Positions 1 through 13,305 of a DNA stretch of 64,000 nucleotides are shown here, one piece after another. Numbering within the stretch: position 1 is the first letter of the stretch; every line of letters starts with the position of its first letter. The DNA comes from Eledone cirrhosa. Lineage: Eukaryota. The DNA is taken from NCBI GenBank assembly GCA_964016885.1, contig OZ024747.1:86118001-86182000 (forward strand), given 5' to 3'. Below the pieces are notes generated by a model. That model had not been told where the DNA came from and searched no databases. It worked only from the letters and a program-made list of their open reading frames with translations. The translations under genes were made by a program, and so were the position numbers.

Positions 1-56
1 ATTGTAACACGCAATAAATTGAGTCCAGATGTATCACTGATTTTTCGTTTTCTTTA

Positions 57-60
<4 letters not shown>
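1..60 (+). mobile_element. End fragment of PLE-like family G (same family as 28143-28512 and 48945-49233)
   Basis: attgtaacacgcaataaattgagtccagatgtatcactgatttttcg nearly identical to 49104-49150; abuts (TA)n. Confidence 0.7.
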
Positions 61-107
<47 letters not shown>

Positions 108-496
108 CTTCTCTTTCTGATTTACATTTATTTTTATTTTTAACTTTATTTTTACTTCACATCCACCAGTGACCCCCTGCTTTTTGATTCACTTACTTTA
201 TATCTTCACAATTTTACATATTTTACTTCCCCATTTTCTTTCACTACCTGATACCACATGTCACTTGCGTTTTCAAGTCCAGATATATTCTGTTGTCTCT
301 TAGCCACTTTTATGTATGCTTACTTGCGTATAATTTGTACTCATTTATTCATACGGCTGGTTTTTATATTGTATCTATGCGTGTGGGCGTGCATGTGTGT
401 GTATGCGTGTTTGTATATGTATACGAATGCATTCGTATGTGCGCGTATGTGTGTATATGTGTGTATGTGTTTTTATATCTATGTTTTTTACATACT

Positions 497-544
<48 letters not shown>

Positions 545-1360
545 CGTATATGTATATATTTATATATATGTATGTATGTGTATGTATATGTGTATATATA
601 TATAGTCACGTGCGTGTGATTAGATGTACATGTACGTATATATATATATGTGCTTCGTGTGTATGTATGTGCGCCTTTGTATGTGTGTACGCTTGTATGT
701 GCTTTTGTCGGTACGTATTTATATATTTATATTAATATATGTGTGTATGTACGAACCTATATATGTGTTATATTTTTTCTAGTGTTACTTTATAATTGAT
801 AACCCCTCCCTCTTACTTTCTCTTTGATTTAATTTTTTTATTCTCATATATTTTTTCCTTTTTCATTTTCATATATTTATCGACCTTCAGCCTGACACTG
901 CTTTGACTGATACACTCCCTTCCCTGTATATATCACTTGCATGTATGTGGTTGCGCGTGCGTGTGTGTTTATACGCGTGCTTTCATACTTGTATGTGTAT
1001 ATATCTAAATCCTTAGTACCTGAGTCAAATCCTTAGTACCTGAGTCTGGATATACGTTAACTCTATTTCTTTTTCAACATATATTATATACGTATTTGTG
1101 GTCACACATACACTGATATACTTGCCCTCATATATGTACTTACGCACACATTTTTTTCACTATACACATGCATTTGTACATACACACATATTTACATTTG
1201 TGAGTGAATATACACACATTTATACACATACCCTAACTATATTTCCTCATTTTATTTTTTTCTATATCTCTTGCATTGCTTTCATTTATATACTTTTTTG
1301 TCCGTTAAACTTTTGCCTTTCTTGAGGAGATTCTTCAAATATTTCACTATGTTTTAAATT

Positions 1361-1430
1361 GCCTTTTCTGACGAACGAATGAGGACGTTTCTTGTATTCG
1401 TCTTATTCGGGAAATCTCTGGTAATGAGAT
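1361..1430 (+). ncRNA. Degenerate type I hammerhead ribozyme motif at end of a pyrimidine-rich PLE-like segment
   Basis: CTGACGA (1368), helix II cgaatgaggacg/cgtcttattcg, GAAA (1411), short helix III ending GTA; helix I poorly paired. Confidence 0.5.
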
Positions 1431-1465
1431 AATTATATTGTATTGTTTATTATATATATATATAT

Positions 1466-1520
1466 AGGAACAAGTAAGACCCCGACGGCTGAGCTCAAGC
1501 CGTTTCGACGGCTAATTCTA
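1466..1520 (-). mobile_element. Short fragment of family E (PLE-like fold-back family)
   Basis: ggaacaagtaagaccccgacggctgagctcaagccgtttcgacggctaattct matches 20385-20437; flanked by (TA)n. Confidence 0.7.
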
Positions 1521-1563
1521 TAATATAATATAATATATATATATATATAATATATATATATAT

Positions 1564-1739
1564 AATTGTTTCTACTTTTGGCACAAGGCCAGCAATTATC
1601 ACTGCATTACTGGTGCTTTATTTTATCGACCCCGTAAGGATGAAAGGCAAAGTTAACCTCGGCGGGTTTTGAACTCAGAATGGCAACTCTTTGCGTCAAA
1701 GCATGGCGTCCGACCCTCTACCGATACTGCCAATCCACC
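1564..1739 (-). mobile_element. tRNA-derived SINE, family A
   Basis: Reverse complement has A-box-like tggcagtatcgg, B-box gagttcaaaacc and the shared body aactttgcctttcatccttacggggtcgataaaataaag; about 10 copies in window. Confidence 0.85.
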
Positions 1740-2146
1740 ATTATAATATATATATATAATATATATATATATATATTTCAAATGTTAGAAGAAAATGACA
1801 ATCTACTGCACTCTATACGACACCACGATACACACCACACAACACAACACACTACCACTTTTAATAGATAGAATGTCACACGTTCACCTATATTCCTGTC
1901 AATGAACCCAGTGATGAACTATGTGTGTTATATGTGTAATATGTGCGAGAGACTGAACATTCAGTTGGTGAATAAACCAACCAAAGAAAATAAATAAATA
2001 AAATGAAATAACCAACCGAACAGCCAGCCATTTAGCCAGTCAGACAATAACAAAGCAACAGAAAACGCCAGAGCACAGAAAATAGAAATAGGTGAGCTGA
2101 GACGGGCACACACACACACACAGACACAGACACAGACACAGACACA

Positions 2147-2221
<75 letters not shown>

Positions 2222-2269
2222 AGAATAGAAATGGCTGTGTATTTGCTATTTAAGGTAACTTAAAATGCA

Positions 2270-2301
<32 letters not shown>

Positions 2302-2304
2302 ATA

Positions 2305-2393
<89 letters not shown>

Positions 2394-2398
2394 GTATA

Positions 2399-2836
2399 TG
2401 GTGAAGGCGCATGGATGAGTGGTTAGAGGATTGAATTCGCAATTGTGAGGTTGTGAGTTCGTTTATCGATACGTTATGTCCTTGGGCGTGTGGCTGAGTG
2501 GTTAGAGAATTGGATTCGCAATCGTAAGGTTGTGAGTTCGATTCCTGGACCAGGCGATGCGTTATGTCCTTGAGCAAGACACTTTATTTCACGTTATTCC
2601 TTCTACCTGGAGTTGCGACCGATAGATAGTATTAGCAATTGGAAAGACCAACGGAAACATTGTTCCCTTGGTCCGATTTGACGAAAGTCGATCGTTCCTA
2701 TATATGTCCTTGGGCAAGACACTTTATTTCACGTTGCTTCTTCTACCTGGAGTTGCGACCGATAGATAGCATTAGCAATTGAAAAGACCAATGGAAACAT
2801 TGTTTCCTCGGTCCGATTTGACGAAAGTCGATCGAC

Positions 2837-2840
<4 letters not shown>
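2399..2840 (+). mobile_element. tRNA-head/CORE-like SINE with duplicated head and duplicated structured tail
   Basis: tggctgagtggttag (A box), gagttcgattcc (B box), tgtccttgagcaagacactttatttcacg CORE-like; tail repeated (2565-2695 and 2704-2840); another copy 19120-19288. Confidence 0.75.
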
Positions 2841-2889
<49 letters not shown>

Positions 2890-2890
<1 letters not shown>

Positions 2891-4198
2891 AATAAAATTA
2901 GTCCTTCATCAGTGATCTTCCAACTTTCATTGGTATTTCATCGCTTTAAAAATCATATACCTCTAGTTAGTGCGAGCAATAACTAAATAAAGTTATTGGG
3001 ACAAGTAAAATAGGGTGAAACGATCGAGACATGTAAACAAATAACGATGGTATTGCAACGGAAAGATAGGAAGAGACAAGTACATGATATCTGTAAGCTT
3101 AAGCTTGGTGAATTCATGGACGAGAGATACAGACCATCCGACATGGGTGAGATGTGAGCGAGAAAAGGATTTCACACAGGTCAAACGGGAGGAAGTGAGA
3201 GAGGGAGAGAAGCAGAGAGTGGAAGTGTGAGGAAGAGACCAGCTGAGAGAGAGCGTGACTGGCAGAGGGAGTAAAAAGAAGGTGAGAGATACAGAGAGAG
3301 AGGGGAAGTAGTAAGAAAGAAAAAGACAATCGCAGCTGAGGAAAAAATATAAATATGAGAAAAATGGAGAGCTGCGTGGTTGCACATGGGTTACATATGA
3401 ATAAAAGTAGTCCTTCATCAGTGATCTTCCAACTTTCATTGGTATTTCATCGCTTTAAAAATCATATACCTCTAGTTGGTGCGAGCAATAACTAAATAAA
3501 GTTATTGGGACAAGTAAAATAGGGTGAAACGAGCGAGACACGTAAACAAACAACGATGGTATTGCAACGGAAAGATAGGAAGAGACAAGTACATGATATA
3601 TGTAAGCTTAAGCTTGGTGAATTCATGGACGAGAGATACAGACCATCCGACATGGGTGAGATGTGAGCGAGAAAAGGATTTCACACAGGTCAAATGGGAG
3701 CAAGTGAGAGAGGAGGAGAAGCAGAGAGTGGGTATGTGGAAGTGTGAGGAAGAGACCAGCCGAGAGAGAGTGTGACTGGCAGAGGGGGTAAAAATAAGGT
3801 GAGAGATACAGAGAGAGGGGAAGCAGTAAGAAAGAAACAGACAATCGCAGCTCCTCCCGTTTGACCTGTGTGAAATCCTTTTCTCGCTCACATCTCACCC
3901 ATGTCGGATGGTCTGTATCTCTCGTCCATGAATTCACCAAGCTTAAGCTTACAGATATCATGTACTTGTCTCTTCCTATCTTTCCGTTGCAATACTATCG
4001 TTGTTTGATTACATGTCTCGCTCGTTTCACCCTATTTTACTTGTCCCAATAACTCTATTTAGTTATTTCTCGCACCAACTAGAAGTATATAATTTTTAAA
4101 GCGATGAAATACCAATGAAAGTTGGAAGATCACTGATGAAGGACTAATTTTATTCATATGTAACCCATGTGCAACCACGCAGCTCTCCATTTTTCTCT
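2890..4198. mobile_element. Family F element: partial tandem (period 509 bp) followed by an inverted copy; PLE pseudo-LTR-like, carries three permuted hammerhead motifs
   Basis: gtccttcatcagtgatc at 2901 and 3410; reverse-complement copy about 3853-4198; (TA)n on both sides. Confidence 0.75.
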
Positions 4199-4220
4199 TA
4201 TAAATATATATATATATATA

Positions 4221-4800
4221 TATTTATTAAAATAACAGATTAAAGTTTAAGCAAAGAATCGTTGTTCTTAACTCTGTAGCGGAGATTAATTTTAGTCTAC
4301 GACTTCTGCTATACCATTTACGTGGTTTTGTCTTTGCGCGCTATTGTTCTCCACGCTCCACATATGACTTATTATCTTCGTTTTTTCGTTCATTGCCAGG
4401 GAACGTCTCTATGCACCACCTAAGAGAACATTAGTCTACGACCTCTTTTATACCATAAACGTGGTTCTGTCTTTGCGCGTAATTGTTTTTCACCGCTCCT
4501 ATTAATGACGTATTATTCGTTTTTTCCCGTTCTTTGCCAGCGAACGTTACCACGAACCTAAGTATCGTCTTCCTGTCTTCCTCCGGTTGCAACGTTTTTT
4601 GAAATATCCAGTTCTGCGTTTACAGATTGACTTTGTTAGTTTCAGAAGATCCTGTTAAGGGTGAAAGCAGCGATTCTTTGCTTAAACTTTAATCTGTTAT
4701 TTTAATAAATATTTGCTCTACGGTTCTTATATATTTGATATATATTTTCCTTATCGAGCCCTCTTTGGATTTTAGTCTTCAATTTTATTATTATTACTAT
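4221..4800 (+). mobile_element. Family D PLE-like fragment with 5' inverted terminal copy and internal tandem duplication
   Basis: 4221-4264 is the reverse complement of 4668-4711; ttagtctacgac unit repeated at about 4292 and 4431; 3' part recurs at 23192-23402. Confidence 0.6.
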
Positions 4801-5185
4801 ATATATATATATATATCCATGCCACCATGAAAAAGTGGATGTGAAATGATGAAGATATATGCTTCATACTCACATAAATTGTATATAACCATACATACAA
4901 ACATATATAAATATATATACAAACTTTCGATGCAACCTAAACAGTCTGTGACTTAATACTGTCAAGAGAGAGCATTTATCTCTGTCAGTTTCATAACTGT
5001 GTGTGCTCTGTCTGTGATTTTGTAATTATTAGAGCAAAAATACTAATTAAAAGATATTATCAAATTAGTTTTGTTGTAAATTTCACAGTCATGGATTGCT
5101 GATTGTAGAAATTGTTTTACGAAGAATTCAAGAGGTGAAAAATTCGAAATTTATTTGGCGGCGTGTGATATAATTCATTGCATAG

Positions 5186-5220
<35 letters not shown>

Positions 5221-5246
5221 ATAGAGGTGTGACACACGAGTTGTGA

Positions 5247-5830
5247 TATATTAGTAAAAAGGAAAAGAAAATGCTGACAAATTTTTCCCAGTGAAAAATA
5301 GTTTAATTGGGAATAAGTATAAATTAGTAATAAGTTTTTCAGTTTTAGTAATTCAGTTTTAGTTTTAAGTTTTTACCGGTTGCGCATTTCTAATGCTTTT
5401 CAAAAATAATTTTGAGATAGAGTGCTCGTGATTAGAGCAAAAATCACGAGCACTCGATCTCAAAATTATTTTTGAAAAGCATTAGAAATGCGCAACCGGT
5501 AAAAACTTAAAACTAAAACTGAATACTAACTAATACTTATTACTAATTTATACTTATTCAAGGGCGGTGGATTGGCAGTATCGGTAGAGAGTCGGACACC
5601 ATGCTTTGAAGCATAGAGTTACGTCCCTTTATGATCTGAGTTCAAATCCCGCCGAGGTTAACTTTGCCTTTCATCCTTACGGGGTCGATAAAATAAAGTA
5701 CCAGTAATGCACTGGGTAATTGCTGGCCTTGTGCCGAATGTAGAAACAATTACTAATTTATACTTATTCCTAATTAAACTATTTTTCACTGGGAAATTTG
5801 TCAGCATATTCTTTTCCTTTTTACTAATAT
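5247..5830. repeat. Long fold-back (family H), about 185 bp arms, 8-nt loop, interrupted by a SINE
   Basis: gagtgctcgtgatt-agagcaaa-aatcacgagcactc centre at 5434-5441; arms continue to tagtaaaaaggaaaag/cttttcctttttacta; related shorter hairpin at 27453-27681. Confidence 0.85.
5562..5750 (+). mobile_element. tRNA-derived SINE, family A, with 21 bp target-site duplication
   Basis: Full-length copy; TSD attactaatttatacttattc at 5539-5559 and 5749-5769. Confidence 0.9.
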
Positions 5831-5882
5831 ATATATATATATATATATATATACTATGCAATGAATCATATATATATATATA

Positions 5883-6596
<714 letters not shown>

Positions 6597-7040
6597 GCTG
6601 TATTTGCATGTTTTACTAATTAAGTCAATGATTGTAGGATTGTAGTGCAGTTTTCATTATTAAGTAACCACTTCAACTCACAAAAAATGTTTTTATCACA
6701 CTGTTGCGACATTCTCAATATATGTGAACCTCCAACTGATTTGTGTCTTGTATATGTTATGTTGTCTAAATGTTGTTTATATGATATGTCAACCATACGT
6801 GCCTCTTTTAGCTACTTTTATAGCTGCTTTGTGTCTGTGAGTTATATATTTACTTGCGTTTGGTTTGCTGATGCCAACATAAGAACCTGTCTGGTAGGGG
6901 GAGGGTGAATTTGTGGTTTATTTTCATTTTTTAAATTTTTTGTATGGCATGTGTGATTATCTGTTAATCTTTTCACTACTATACTTCAAATAATCTTGAA
7001 TTTTGAGGTATTTAATAAAATAACTAACGTTCTCATTACA

Positions 7041-7211
7041 GGCGGTGGATTGGCAGTATCGGTAGAGGGTCGGACGCCATGCTTTCATGCGTAGACTTAC
7101 GGCCCTTGCCATTCTGAGTTCAAATCCCGCCGAGGTTAACTTTTTCTTTCATCCTTACGGGGTCGATAAAATAAAGTACCAGTAATGCACTGGGTAATTG
7201 CTGGCCTTGTG
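7041..7211 (+). mobile_element. tRNA-derived SINE, family A
   Basis: ggcggtggattggcagtatcggtagag ... gagttcaaatcccgccgagg ... ggccttgtg. Confidence 0.88.
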
Positions 7212-7454
7212 AAACATTTACTAAGATTGTGCTTGGAACATAACAATATTTCTTACATATTTTTAGGTAACTTTGATAAACACTTCAAAACAAATAGTTT
7301 TGTATTGTAAAATTAGAAGTTGGTTCACGCGGTTTGGTATCAAAAGGGTTAATAAGTATACTAATCACTACTGCGGGCTATTTCATTACTATATGGTATT
7401 GTCCTTATACCGTTCTTTCCTTGCACTTCATGTAGTACACAACTAGTTCTGAAG

Positions 7455-7730
7455 TTATTGTATTTGTTTTGCAAGATTTTTATGTGGAAATATGACAATG
7501 TGATGAAACAGATATTGTTATACTTTGGGTGAGTCGTACTGCCAATATAAAACACACGCTCCTGTTGGGTTTCAATGTGTTATTATAATTTCCCAGCCGG
7601 TTAGTTTAATAACCGGATGGTTGTATAGTTATTGATTGTCATCAAAGCTCTTTCGTAACGCATTCTGTGACCTCCTCAGTGACTACATTTGTGTCTCTCT
7701 TTTGTTTGGTCTTACACCATCTTGGTTTTG
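7455..7730 (-). mobile_element. Family I copy with degenerate hammerhead (7638-7683)
   Basis: Reverse complement reads gtcaCTGAGGAggtcacagaatgcgttacGAAAgagctttgatgac; flanks align with 6221-6531. Confidence 0.65.
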
Positions 7731-8363
7731 TGAGCTGCGAAATTATAATATTGAAGTTAATAAATTGAAGTTAATTTTAGGTTTAATCAATATATATCGA
7801 TAATGTTTCTCAGTGCTAAGCCCAATAAACTTCTGTTCAGAGCATCTATAATATAATTGTAAACGATATATACCTGGATATATCAATTGAGAAACAAACT
7901 AATATTTTGTACATATATAGAGAGAGCAAATACATACTCTTACGTGTTAAATTTGTGCTGTACTTACACAAATATTATGCTGTAGTTATATAGACAGATA
8001 TGTTTCTGAGAATCAGAGAAATGGTATGTCTACCTTCGATTACAGTAATTAGTATCGATCACGAATTATGGACTTTGGTCAATATCATTAAGACCATGAT
8101 TCTCTTTGTCAGTATGTTTAGGTCTTTGATAAAATATATCTCTCACACTGCATTAAAATACTAGTCATCTACCCTTGGAAGACAATATTCAAATGATGTA
8201 ACTATAACGTTTAATGGAAGGGTAGATAAAACAGGACAGGCCTTAAAGAGTGCTAGAAAGAGCTCCAGGCGAATCCATTTTAGTCAGCTTAAACTAATTT
8301 AGAGAAATCAGAAGTAGAAAGAAATAAGTTAATTTTAGGTTTAATCAATACATATATAATATA

Positions 8364-9434
8364 CTAGCAGTAAAGCCCGGCGTTGCTCGGGGTCGCTCAG
8401 TAGCTGTGTTAAAGTTACAATGTTAAGTTTCTTTTTTGGCTTAAAAACTGTAGTGTCTACTGTGCAGACTTGCATGTGGTGTTTTTGATTAATATTCCCT
8501 CAACCAACAATATGCCTTATGAAGTTAAGAAAACATAACGATAACCCGAATGTTATAACAAAAGAGGATGCTGGGGATAAAAACTGCACTGGTTATTTAT
8601 TAACAAAGATCGAAAATGTAAACACTGCAACGCAGAGAAAAACATTAGCGTAACCAAATTATCAGTTATGTCTGTCTGCACGCCTATATCACCTCTCTGC
8701 ACGACTGTCTGTCTGCACGCCTATATCACCTCTCTGCACGACTATCTGTCTGCACGACTGTCTGTCTGCACGACTGTCTGTCTGCACGACTGTCTGTCTG
8801 CACGCCTAACGAAATTTACAGATACATATATTTTAAATAAACTTATATAATTTTTGCTTTTTTTTACGAAATATTTGCTTGTTTTACGTAGTCTTTAAAT
8901 AGACTTGTTTTCAAGTAAAAATATTGTTTTAAAAGGCTTTTAAATGGAAATGAAGCAAAACGGAAGCTTAGTGTTCGAACTGATGAATTTTGCAGGTCAA
9001 AATTTTGCTGGCTCGACAACTGTTCGTGTATTGTGTTAATGTCATTTTAAACGCTGAGAAAGCCAGCGTAATTTTTTTAATTTTTGCACGCAGAAAATGT
9101 AAACAGAACGTAAGACGCTACGCTGAATGTAAACAGAACAAAGGGAAATCATTTTTTTAATTTTTGCACGCAGAAAATGTAAAGAGAACGTAAGACGCTA
9201 CGCTGAATGTAAACAGAACAAAGGGAAATAACTCATCACTTACGCTCAAAAATCGATACATTATATTCGATTTCGTCAGATAGGGCGGGTCAATTTGAAA
9301 TATTTTTTTCCGATGTCTTCGCTAGGGCTCAATGTACAAGTATAGCAATTTCGGTGCAATTCCGTGAGAGATTCTAAGAGGAGATGTGTGCCAAAAAATC
9401 GATAGACAGACAACCTCAGTTTTATATATATAGA
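8364..9434 (-). mobile_element. Non-autonomous Helitron
   Basis: Minus strand begins TC(tatatatataaaa) at 9434 and ends cccgagcaacgccggg hairpin + CTAG at 8364, between A and T; internal 16-mer minisatellite (8690-8805) and about 80 bp direct repeat (9072-9230). Confidence 0.8.
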
Positions 9435-9643
9435 TATCAATAATGTTTCTTAGCAAAAAAGTCAATAATATAATTGTGAACAATATATACCTGGATATAT
9501 CAATTAGCATTTTGTACAAATATAGAGAGCAAATGATATGTAGATTTAAATACAAATTTAAATACATACTCTTAGGTGTTAAATTTGTGGTGCACTCAAA
9601 TAAATATTCTCAGCGCTTAAAAGCCGAAATTCGTCTTCGTATT

Positions 9644-9676
<33 letters not shown>

Positions 9677-9677
<1 letters not shown>

Positions 9678-10150
9678 TAGCCGAATTACCCGCGCGTTGC
9701 TGCGTTTCACACATTTGCTTTGTAAGAAAATAATTGATTGATTTTAAATCAGTGATATAATTTATGGAGAAAAACTCTGCATTTCAATATTACTCAATGT
9801 AAAATGTAATGCATGAAAAATTGGAAAACATTTATTTCTTGTCATATATCAAATCAAAATTACACTATTAAATCTTATTCTTATTTTGTTCCTTGTAAAT
9901 AATTTTTTTCAAAATATCAATTCAAAACTTTTGTGAATAGGCATCATATTTTATCATTTACCTATGGTTTAAATTTCATATAAATCGAAGGGAAAACATT
10001 TTCAGCGGGGGTTTGTGCCCACGAGGAACCCTTTAATTAAAATGAAATATACTTATTCAAATACCCTGGGCAATGTAGTTTCAGAATATATGTTATGGGG
10101 GTCTATCTCCAAAACCATAAGAGGAGTTCGTGAACAAACAAACAAACAAA
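9677..10150 (-). mobile_element. Helitron-like element (3' end clear, 5' end uncertain)
   Basis: Minus strand ends cgcagcaacgcgcggg ... CTAG-T at 9677. Confidence 0.55.
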
Positions 10151-10574
10151 TATTTTATAATTTTAGGGTGAAGAAATATTGATTCTTCAACGAAATCTTG
10201 ATTCTTCACCCTAAAATTATAAATTAAATATTTTCAAAATTAACCGTTTAACTTTCGGGAAAAATCTCCTTCTGCATATATCACCCCCCCCCCCTATCTT
10301 TCCCTCTCTATAAATCCTTTTCCAAGGGCTATCACTGGCTGTTATGATTCATGAGATGTTTTCATACATAAATTGTAGTATCATACATTTTAAAATCTCT
10401 ATAACTGTTAAATTAAGCAACGTTTTTTTTACTCACACATCCTCTATTGAATTTATTACGTTTTCGCATTTTCTCATAATTAGGGTATAACTGTTAAATT
10501 TTCTCTTAGGTTAATCACTATCTTGATTAAATCTTAACCATTGAACATCACAGGGTATGTCATGTATCATTATA

Positions 10575-10625
10575 TTTAGTCTGATGAGGACGTACTGTTG
10601 TACATCCGAAATATGTATAATAAAA
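10575..10625 (+). ncRNA. Minimal type I hammerhead ribozyme in PLE-like family J
   Basis: tttagt-CTGATGA-ggacgtac tgtt gtacatcc-GAAA-tatgta-TA-ataaaa; second copy at 48759-48809 has better helix I (ttttgt/ataaaa). Confidence 0.7.
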
Positions 10626-10899
10626 TGTAATTGATCAAAAGAACATCTATTTTATTAATATTTGTATTTTAATATATATATATACATATATACATATATA
10701 TATATTTATATATATATATATATACATATATACATATTTATATATATATATACATATATACATATATATATATTTATATATAATATATATATATATATAA
10801 ATATATATATATATATTTATATATAATAAAAGAAATGGAAGATAGGCGTTAAACGCGATGATGATGATGATTATATGTATATATATATATATATGTATA

Positions 10900-10950
<51 letters not shown>

Positions 10951-10975
10951 TCATCATCATCATCATCGCGTTTAA

Positions 10976-11017
<42 letters not shown>

Positions 11018-11395
11018 AGGCGAGTATTTGTGTGGTTGTTCTATGTGATTACTCGCGTGAAGTGAAGCTTGGTTTCTTTAGAAGCAGAAAGAAGAACATA
11101 CTAGGTTAATGTGTAACGAACGGTTTTCAATGATTGTTGAAAACTAGTTGAAATTAATCTAATGATCTCACAGCCATTTCAATAGAGGACATATATATAT
11201 ATGTATATATATATACATTTGTATATATATATATACATTTGTATGTGTGTGTGTCTGTGTGTGTGTGAGTGCGTGTGTGTATGCGTGCGTGCTGTGTGTG
11301 TGTGTGTGAGTGAGCGTGCGCGAGTGTGTGTGTGTGTGAGTGTTTGTGTGCGTGTGTGTGTGTGAGAGTGTATGTGTGTATGTGTGAGCGCGTGC

Positions 11396-11434
<39 letters not shown>

Positions 11435-11777
11435 CGTGTGTGTGAGTGTATGTGTGTATGTGTGTGTGTGAGCGCGCGCGAGTGCGTATAAACGAAACAA
11501 TCGGCATTAAGAAACATTGGGAAAACTTGAAGTTTGAAATGTGTGTGTCCCAACGCAAATCTCGATAATAATAGTCGATCACTATACATAAGAGAGGAAA
11601 TTGTGTAAACACGGATTAAATGACCAAAGGTGACTGCAGGTCGTGGTTCGATTCCTCGTAGGAGCATCTGCCCGCTTTTTTCCGTCTCCAGGCGTACTTT
11701 ACCCGATTTTTCCAACTATTGTCTATAGGGATCTACTATTGTATGATCATTTGGGTTATATATATGTCATTTGAAAT

Positions 11778-11826
<49 letters not shown>

Positions 11827-11935
11827 TTACTCTGGTGGAGATATTTATTCACTTTTCGCATCGAGTGCTTTAGGACAGCCTCAAATCATTCGATTGTTGT
11901 CTGCCCTTCGGCTTCGATGTAATAATTAGTACTCA

Positions 11936-12055
<120 letters not shown>

Positions 12056-12223
12056 GGTATTCATTTTGCACGAATAACGCGCGTGGTTTTTAGATTTTTT
12101 ATTTATCAGAACACTTGAATTACGCGAATTTGCTGTACGCACCACGTTCAGGAACGCATTTTCACGTAAAAAGCGAACACTCTATACCCCACCCCCACAC
12201 ACACACGCACACACACACACACA

Positions 12224-12340
<117 letters not shown>

Positions 12341-12435
12341 TATTCAAAATATTAACAAATGAAAAATATTCTCATAATCAAAATATATGATTTGATATAT
12401 GACATACTGCTACGGTCTTAATTATTCAATTCCAG

Positions 12436-12484
<49 letters not shown>

Positions 12485-12605
12485 ATGAATGTATGTACAT
12501 ATACATATGTATATATATATATATATGAATATATGTACAAATTTTATTTAGTCCAGAAATAGCCATCGAAACGGCTTGAGTTCTGCCGTCGGGGTCATAC
12601 TTTTT

Positions 12606-12660
<55 letters not shown>

Positions 12661-12693
12661 TATCTATCCATATATACATTCATACATACATAC

Positions 12694-13305
12694 ATGGTGG
12701 CTGCCAACCCGTTTTCGAGTACGGCCACTACTTTATATCCATGTAGGAGAACTCCTACCGATCGATGCGCTGAACAAGTGTGACATTTTAGTCCAGCCAG
12801 CGACTTGAAAACTCTGGTACAAACACTACACTTGTGACAATTATTGACACAGTGCTGGGCCCATGGTACCATGTGACGACAAGTGCAGAGAGATCTCCAG
12901 ATATAAAGCAATGCCTGTGCCGTGAAGCTTTTATAGTGAGCAAAGGCACTGCACAAAGCCAGTCCCACTCTCTTAACCAAGATGATATTTACCAAAAAGA
13001 AGAACAAGTCAACATCATTGGATACCATCAGGGTTGCAGGTGTTATATCAGAGTTTTCCTTCTCCTAGAATTCTGCCTTGATAAAGGCTAAGAGGTCATC
13101 TCTCCCGGTGATTTTGGATGGCCATTGACTCTTAAGAGCTTCTTTGCCCTTTGACAGGTTTTGTTTTTAGTCCTGCAGGATGTCCAAAGTCGCCCTCCTC
13201 ACCAAGAAACCTTGGTGGGGTTGCCAGTTTAGTCGCCAACGACCTGACCATGGGACAGGTTGTACTGGGATACATGTTACCAGTAGCACCAACTGGTGAC
13301 CTGAC
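12694..13305 (-). mobile_element. Family C, about 600 bp RTE-derived non-autonomous retroelement with (ATGT)n tail
   Basis: Reverse complement of 26300-26889 and 60331-60939; contains ttagcctt...ggca...tctaggagaaggaaaactctga motif recognised from RTE-clade 5' UTRs; no credible ORF. Confidence 0.7.

Noticed and set aside
258-735. YI/CV/HT-repeat ORFs here and throughout the track
   Set aside because: Dinucleotide microsatellite translations
4640-4680. Hammerhead in family D (cagaaga-tcctgttaagggt-gaaagc)
   Set aside because: Core reads CAGAAGA in two copies and helices I/III could not be fitted
7330-7352. piggyBac-like end (aaagggttaa); similar motifs at 16929 and 62251
   Set aside because: No matching partner end identified
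11630-11700. Isolated B-box (ggttcgattcc) followed by a T run
   Set aside because: No A box, cloverleaf or second copy in the window
12834-13091. Recurring short ORF (…CLCREAFIVSKG…) in four places
   Set aside because: Lies inside repeat family C on the antisense strand; recurrence reflects copy identity, start positions vary
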